The notes under the pieces are model-generated. The model had not been told where the DNA came from. It made no database searches and worked only from the letters and a program-made list of their open reading frames with translations. Source: an uncultured Gammaproteobacteria bacterium (lineage in GTDB: Bacteria > Patescibacteriota > Microgenomatia > JAMCZE01). From it: DNA of 64,000 bases. The DNA lies in NCBI GenBank assembly GCA_964609775.1, contig CAZSSJ010000001.1, positions 22,858 to 86,857 of the forward strand. The letters are read 5' to 3'. Shown here piece by piece: positions 59,345 through 64,000 of this stretch; within the stretch, counting starts at the first letter, position 1, and every line of letters starts with the position of its first letter. Position numbers and translations under genes: made by a program.

Positions 59345-59400
59345 TTCGCCTATTCTCTCTCTCTGCTTCTTTTGTCAAGCCCAGCTTGACAAAACTAGCC
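59345..59400. promoter_or_regulatory. GA-leader copy h ((CT)5) plus the palindrome TTGTCAAGCccaGCTTGACAA, between divergent genes
   Basis: Read directly; near-identical to copy a over about 60 nt. Confidence 0.7.
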
Positions 59401-59410
59401 CTGGCGTTAT

Positions 59411-59788
59411 TTGTCAAGTCCGGGCGGGCTGGAGATGGAGTGGCTGGAGATGGAGAGTAAATGCAATATTGACAAAGCGTACGGTTTGACGTACGATTGT
59501 GGTATGAATACGACGACTTTACCCCAAAATTTGACCGTGAGTCAGGCTCGTGCGAATCTTTATGATTTGATTGAAGAAGTGGGTTCGAAGTTGCGTCGAT
59601 TTGTCATTTCTCACAAGGGAAGGCCGACGGCGGTGGTGATGCCTGTGGAGGATTTGGAAAGTTGGGACGAAACGTTGGAGATTATGGCGAACAAGAAGTT
59701 GATGAGGTCTATTAAAAAGGCTCAAAGGGAATATGGGCGCGGTGAGGCAATTAGTTTTGAGGAAGTCAAGAAAAAATTGGGTATATGA
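59411..59788 (+). CDS. Phd/YefM-family antitoxin (the real start may be the internal ATG near 59503)
   Basis: LTVSQARANLYDLIEEV...RFVISHKGRPTAVVMPVEDLESWDETLEI. Confidence 0.7.
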   Translation: MSSPGGLEMEWLEMESKCNIDKAYGLTYDCGMNTTTLPQNLTVSQARANLYDLIEEVGSKLRRFVISHKGRPTAVVMPVEDLESWDETLEIMANKKLMRSIKKAQREYGRGEAISFEEVKKKLGI

Positions 59789-60036
59789 GACTTCAGTTTT
59801 CAAAAGATGCCCTAAAACAACTGGAAAAGATATCCCGAAACGAGGCTAAAAAGATTACCAGGAAACTGGAACAACTCGAAACTGAGCCCCTCGTTGGCAA
59901 GAAACTGGCTGGGGAGCTAGCCGATCAGTTTTCACTGCGAGCCTGGCCTTACAGAATCATTTATCAGGTTTATCCGAAAGCACAGACTGTGTTGATAATA
60001 CACATTGAGCATCGGCAGGGAGTTTACAAAAATTGA
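59785..60036 (+). CDS. RelE/ParE-family toxin
   Basis: ...LRAWPYRIIYQV....VLIIHIEHRQGVY; 4-nt overlap with the upstream antitoxin. Confidence 0.7.
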   Translation: MRLQFSKDALKQLEKISRNEAKKITRKLEQLETEPLVGKKLAGELADQFSLRAWPYRIIYQVYPKAQTVLIIHIEHRQGVYKN

Positions 60037-60181
60037 GCTGTTTTGCGATCTTGTGAGGGGGTTGATTTTCTTACATCGGGGTGTTACTTCTAATTTGGTG
60101 ACTAATCCACAAGATGTTCACAAGTCCGGGGATGCGGGAAATGTTTCGCCCTTGCAATTTACGACGCAGTTGCCGCGGTTA

Positions 60182-60796
60182 ATGCCGCTTGGAGTGGCGG
60201 CTCTGGGAATTTTGCTGATCGGCGTAGGGATTTTTTGGGAATACTTCAAAACGCATCAGAATCCATCAAGTAAAAATAGCAGTCAAAAGTTAGTTGTTGG
60301 GGAGGAAGGAATGGTGGCAAGTGTGGCGGGAGTGAAAAACCAAGTGAAAGGAAGAACAATCTTTGTTGATGTCTCTGGGGCTGTGGAAAAACCTCAAGTT
60401 GTGGAAGTGCCATATGATTCCCGCGTAAAGGATGTGCTTATTGCCGCAGGTGGTTTGACCCCGAAAGCTGACCGAAATTATGTATCTAAGTCAATCAATT
60501 TAGCTCAGAAGGTTCAAGATGGCACGAAGATCTATGTTCCGGCTCAGGGCGAGATGGTCTCTGTTTCAGCGCCTCAAGTCTCAGGGAATTCAGGGCAATT
60601 AGGGATACAGGGAAATTTAATAAACATTAATGAAGCAAGTGAGTCAGAACTCGATTCATTGCCGGGAGTGGGGCCGGTGACGGCGCAGAAGATAATTTCA
60701 GGCAGGCCCTATCAGGAGGTGTCGGAACTGGTGAGTAAGAAGATTGTTAATCAGTCGGTTTTTGACAAAATCAGGGATAAGGTCGCAGCCTATTAG
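60182..60796 (+). CDS. comEA: Competence protein ComEA (SLBB domain plus tandem helix-hairpin-helix). The ORF is open from TTG at 60005.
   Basis: TM segment LGVAALGILLIGVGIFW; INEASESELDSLPGVGPVTAQKII HhH motif. Confidence 0.75.
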   Translation: MPLGVAALGILLIGVGIFWEYFKTHQNPSSKNSSQKLVVGEEGMVASVAGVKNQVKGRTIFVDVSGAVEKPQVVEVPYDSRVKDVLIAAGGLTPKADRNYVSKSINLAQKVQDGTKIYVPAQGEMVSVSAPQVSGNSGQLGIQGNLININEASESELDSLPGVGPVTAQKIISGRPYQEVSELVSKKIVNQSVFDKIRDKVAAY

Positions 60797-60801
60797 CTTT
60801 C

Positions 60802-62037
60802 ATGAATATTAAGAAGACTTGGATAGGACTTCTTCTCGTTCTCGGGCTGCGGTTTGGCCAGTATTATTATCAGCTGCCGGAAAGGGTCGGCGGGGAAGTA
60901 GTGACGATCCGAGGAGTGTTAGGAAGTGAGCCGGCCCAGGCGAATGGGCGGCAAACCTTGAGCCTGGATGGGCTGTATGTTTCCGTGCGGACGCCGCCGG
61001 AATTTCATTATGGTGACGAGGTGATGGTCGAAGGCAAACTGTTGTGTTACGATACCTTCAGATGTATTAGAGGACGGATTGAGCGAGCAAGAGTGAGTTT
61101 AGTGGCACAAGATCAAGGCGGGCTTTTGGGGAGGTGGGGCTACCTGGCGAGGATGAAGTTTCAGGACGTCTACTTTGGCTCTTTGAAAAGAGAAGAAGCC
61201 AATCTTTTATCCGGGGTCCTTGTGGGGAGCATCGGTTTAGACAGGACCTTTAAAGAGAAGCTGGCGAATGTGGGTTTGACTCACGTCGTGGCGGCCTCAG
61301 GAATGAATTTGACATTGTTTGTAGGGTTTTTGATCGGTTTTTTCAAGTATTTTCACTGGAGTAGACCTTTGTCGGCGGTATTTTCGATCGGAGCTGTTGT
61401 CTTGTATGCGATAATTGCCGGATTTGCTCCGGCGATTGTCCGAGCCGGACTGATGGTGGGAGGGGTTTTGATCGGGTTGAGTCTGGGGAGAAAAGGAGGG
61501 GGTTGGTGGGGGTTGGTAATGGCTGGGTATTTAATGCTATGGGTTGATCCGAGACTAATAGTCGACTTCAGTTTTTTGTTGTCCTTTGCCTCAATGATGG
61601 GCCAGATTGTTCTTAGCACTTGGAAGATTCATTTGCCAAATGTTTTTAAGTGGCTGGCTGAGAATATTTTGCAAAGTGTTATGGCGATTGTGTTCACTCT
61701 GCCGATAATCATCATCGGGTTTGCCCGATTTTCACTCATTTCCATGATTTCGAACCTCCTGGTTTTGTGGACAATTGAACCACTGATGATTCTGGGGGGT
61801 CTGGCTGGAATCGTTGGTCTGGTTTTGCCGGAACTTGCTAAACTCATTTTAATTCCCGCAGGAGTTCTTCTTGATTACTTCCTTTCTGTCGTAAAAATTC
61901 TCGGAACGGGTGAAAATTTCCTTTTAAGGGTCTCCGGGTTCAACGGGCTTATGGCCGTCGGTTACTATTTAATCCTTGCTGGTGTGTATTACTACTTAAT
62001 GTACTATAAAACCCCAAAGCATACCAATAAGGTGTAA
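60802..62037 (+). CDS. comEC: ComEC/Rec2 competence channel domain protein (no metallo-beta-lactamase domain)
   Basis: Polytopic membrane protein; LTHVVAASGMNLTLFVGFL competence-domain motif. Confidence 0.75.
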   Translation: MNIKKTWIGLLLVLGLRFGQYYYQLPERVGGEVVTIRGVLGSEPAQANGRQTLSLDGLYVSVRTPPEFHYGDEVMVEGKLLCYDTFRCIRGRIERARVSLVAQDQGGLLGRWGYLARMKFQDVYFGSLKREEANLLSGVLVGSIGLDRTFKEKLANVGLTHVVAASGMNLTLFVGFLIGFFKYFHWSRPLSAVFSIGAVVLYAIIAGFAPAIVRAGLMVGGVLIGLSLGRKGGGWWGLVMAGYLMLWVDPRLIVDFSFLLSFASMMGQIVLSTWKIHLPNVFKWLAENILQSVMAIVFTLPIIIIGFARFSLISMISNLLVLWTIEPLMILGGLAGIVGLVLPELAKLILIPAGVLLDYFLSVVKILGTGENFLLRVSGFNGLMAVGYYLILAGVYYYLMYYKTPKHTNKV

Positions 62038-62288
62038 TGTTCTATCCTTGGCGTCGGAACAGGAGTCTGGCGCTGCCGAGAGAAATCCCCGGCACTTGGG
62101 CAGGAAGTCATGTAAAAAGGCACTGCTGGTCAGGTTGGATTAGAGAGAAAGGAGTTATATAATCGAAACGATGAACAAAGTTCAAGTTTAAGGCCAGCTC
62201 GTCGAGCCGCATGATTAAAGTTGCGAAGTAGTGTGTTACACTTATAGATGATGAATCGATTGATCGTCGGTTTCTGTATCACTAGCAT

Positions 62289-62753
62289 TTGAAAAGTATG
62301 CCCCAGGTTAGCAGAAGGTTGATTTCGAATTTATTACAGCAAAAGATGAATCAGGTTTTGTGGAACGGCCTGACGAAACTTGACAGCAAGGATTTTGTAG
62401 CTGAGTTTTTGAATGACATTTTGACTTCGACTGAAAGGGTCATGATGACTAAGAGGCTGGCAATGGCGGTGCTTTTGCTTCGAGGTTGGGACCAGGAGGC
62501 GATTAGCTCATATCTTAAAGTTTCAACCTCGACGGTGAGGGGAGTCAAGAAGGTTTTGAAACACGGTGGTGATGGTTACCGGAAGATTGTAGCCAGAATT
62601 GAGAGAGATAAGGAGTGGGAGAAGATAAAATTGGACCTTGGTCAGGCACTGGAGGAAATCGTTGCCGGAAGGGTTGGGGCTAATTGGAAAACGAGTAAAT
62701 CAGCAGTGGCTCGCAAGTATCGGGAACTGAGGGAAAAGAAGAAAGTTTTGTAG
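62289..62753 (+). CDS. TrpR/YerC/YecD-like HTH DNA-binding protein
   Basis: ...SERVMMTKRLAMAVLLLRGWDQEAISSYLKVSTSTVRGVKKVL pattern of the TrpR-like family. Confidence 0.55.
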   Translation: MKSMPQVSRRLISNLLQQKMNQVLWNGLTKLDSKDFVAEFLNDILTSTERVMMTKRLAMAVLLLRGWDQEAISSYLKVSTSTVRGVKKVLKHGGDGYRKIVARIERDKEWEKIKLDLGQALEEIVAGRVGANWKTSKSAVARKYRELREKKKVL

Positions 62754-63117
62754 GTGATTCTTTTTGATCTACATAACGCTGATGAATCGATTCATCATTC
62801 ATTAATGTATCAGATTACATCTGTGAAGCAAGTAAAAAGATCGGAAGCTAAGGTGAGTAAAGTTACTGATGCTTGTTTTGCCGTTGAGTATCCGTTGATG
62901 GATAAGCCAATCCATGGGGCGGTAATTGAGATTTCGGGACGATATCCTGACATTGGATTCAGCCGGAATGAGGTGTGTATTGAGCTGGCTTACGTCATTT
63001 CCGGTAGGGGAAAACTGGGTTGACGTGGCGGGGCAATTGAGTTTAACGCGGGAGACCAACTGGTGATTGAGCCGGGGGAGGACTTTAAAGAACCCGTCGA
63101 TCGAAATATTTTTGTGA
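62754..63117 (+). pseudogene. Small cupin-fold protein that appears frameshifted: the 89-aa ORF ends at 63023 and the cupin beta-strands continue in another frame to about 63117.
   Basis: HGAVIEISGRYPD...ELAYVISGRGKLG* then, shifted, ...EFNAGDQLVIEPGEDFKEPVDRNIFVMI. Confidence 0.4.
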
Positions 63118-63124
63118 TGATTAT

Positions 63125-64000
63125 ATGGCAGAAATGGTAAAAAAGATAGAAGTTTCTTATCACTTGAAAGAGGAGATTGCTAAGGCGGCGAATGGTTTAT
63201 TTGAGGGCCTGAACCTCACTCCTGAGCAGGTTTTTTTGGAGCATCCCGGGAGCGAAGACCACGGTGACTATTCAACAAATGTGGCGTTGCAGCTGGCTAA
63301 AACGATAGGGGCTAGGGGCGAGGGGCTAGCAGCTAGTCGTTTTTCATCGAGGGAGATGGCGGAGAAAATTGTCGGGGTTTTCAAACAAAGTGTATCAGAG
63401 AGTGCATCAAAGGATGTCAAAAAAGAAGGAGAGCCCCACTCTGCTAAAGCTTCGTTAGGGGCGCTCTTTGAGCGATTTGAGGTTGCAGGACCTGGGTTTA
63501 TTAATTTTTGGTTGACGAAAGAGTTTTTGGTTGGGGAAGTTGGGGAGATCCATGAGAAAAATGAGGGATATGGGGGAAATGAGGAATATGGGGGGAAGCG
63601 GATTATGGTCGAGTTTGCCCACCCGAACACGCATAAGGAAATGCACATTGGCCACATGCGGACACTCATTACTGGTGAAGCATTGTCGAGAATTCTTCAG
63701 GCGTCGGGTGCCAAAATCTTTCGGGCGAACTATCAAGGAGACATTGGTCCGCACGTAGCTAAGGCAATCTGGGGAACAAAGCTCGTTTTGGCTGAAAGGA
63801 AGATGAACTTCGATCAGGCTGAAAAACTGTCTCTTAAAGAAAAGGCTCATCTTCTGGGTCAGGGGTATGTTCGGGGCAATCAGGAGTACGAAACCCATAA
63901 GGAAGAAATTGATCAGTTAAACAGCAAAATCTATCATAAGGATCCTGAAATCGTGCCAGTTTATGAAAGAACAAGAAAATGGAGTTTAGACTATTATAAG
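63125..64000 (+). CDS. argS: Arginyl-tRNA synthetase, 5' portion (continues beyond the window)
   Basis: N-terminal Arg_tRNA_synt_N pattern; EFAHPNTHKEMHIGHMRT HIGH motif; frame open to the window end. Confidence 0.8.
   Translation, partial: MAEMVKKIEVSYHLKEEIAKAANGLFEGLNLTPEQVFLEHPGSEDHGDYSTNVALQLAKTIGARGEGLAASRFSSREMAEKIVGVFKQSVSESASKDVKKEGEPHSAKASLGALFERFEVAGPGFINFWLTKEFLVGEVGEIHEKNEGYGGNEEYGGKRIMVEFAHPNTHKEMHIGHMRTLITGEALSRILQASGAKIFRANYQGDIGPHVAKAIWGTKLVLAERKMNFDQAEKLSLKEKAHLLGQGYVRGNQEYETHKEEIDQLNSKIYHKDPEIVPVYERTRKWSLDYYK

Noticed and set aside
38990-59400. Possible CRISPR array suggested by the recurring CT-repeat/TTGTCAAG elements
   Set aside because: The repeats are 1-10 kb apart, are separated by full genes rather than 30-40-nt spacers, are not uniform in length, and there are no cas genes. 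This is a promoter/leader family, not a CRISPR array.

Overview
This 64-kb window reads as a bacterial chromosomal segment, possibly from an uncultivated small-genome lineage such as CPR/Patescibacteria (inference only). It begins with a near-complete F-type ATP synthase operon (atpF-H-A-G-D-C) whose alpha subunit carries a divergent P-loop. Next is a 16-kb gene for a 5325-aa repeat protein that carries six canonical inteins (Hint blocks A, B, F, G), all inserted at the same position of an internal host repeat. After it comes a 2038-aa DUF2341 / Gly-rich / multi-LamG protein. A secreted-protein block follows, with a beta-helix/dockerin/Ig/SBBP protein, an adjacent cohesin-domain protein and a GH13 amylase; the block is flanked by two DUF4143 AAA ATPases. 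From about 37.6 to 49 kb, with one more unit at 59 kb, there is an accessory toxin-antitoxin island: three AbiEii-like nucleotidyltransferase modules, vapBC, hicBA, fic, phd-relE, and ruvCAB embedded in it. Eight small minus-strand ORFan genes in this island each start directly after a conserved TTGACA-(GA)n-AATAAG leader. Six of them sit divergently from a TA or Fic operon, and five are associated with a GTTCCAT-GCGATCGC-ATGGAAC palindrome. The rest of the window holds GH26-like and other glycoside hydrolases, an M64-like metallopeptidase split at a poly-G/C tract, leuS, comEA, comEC, a TrpR/YerC-like regulator with perfect palindromic operators, and the start of argS. I found no rRNA, tRNA or CRISPR array.
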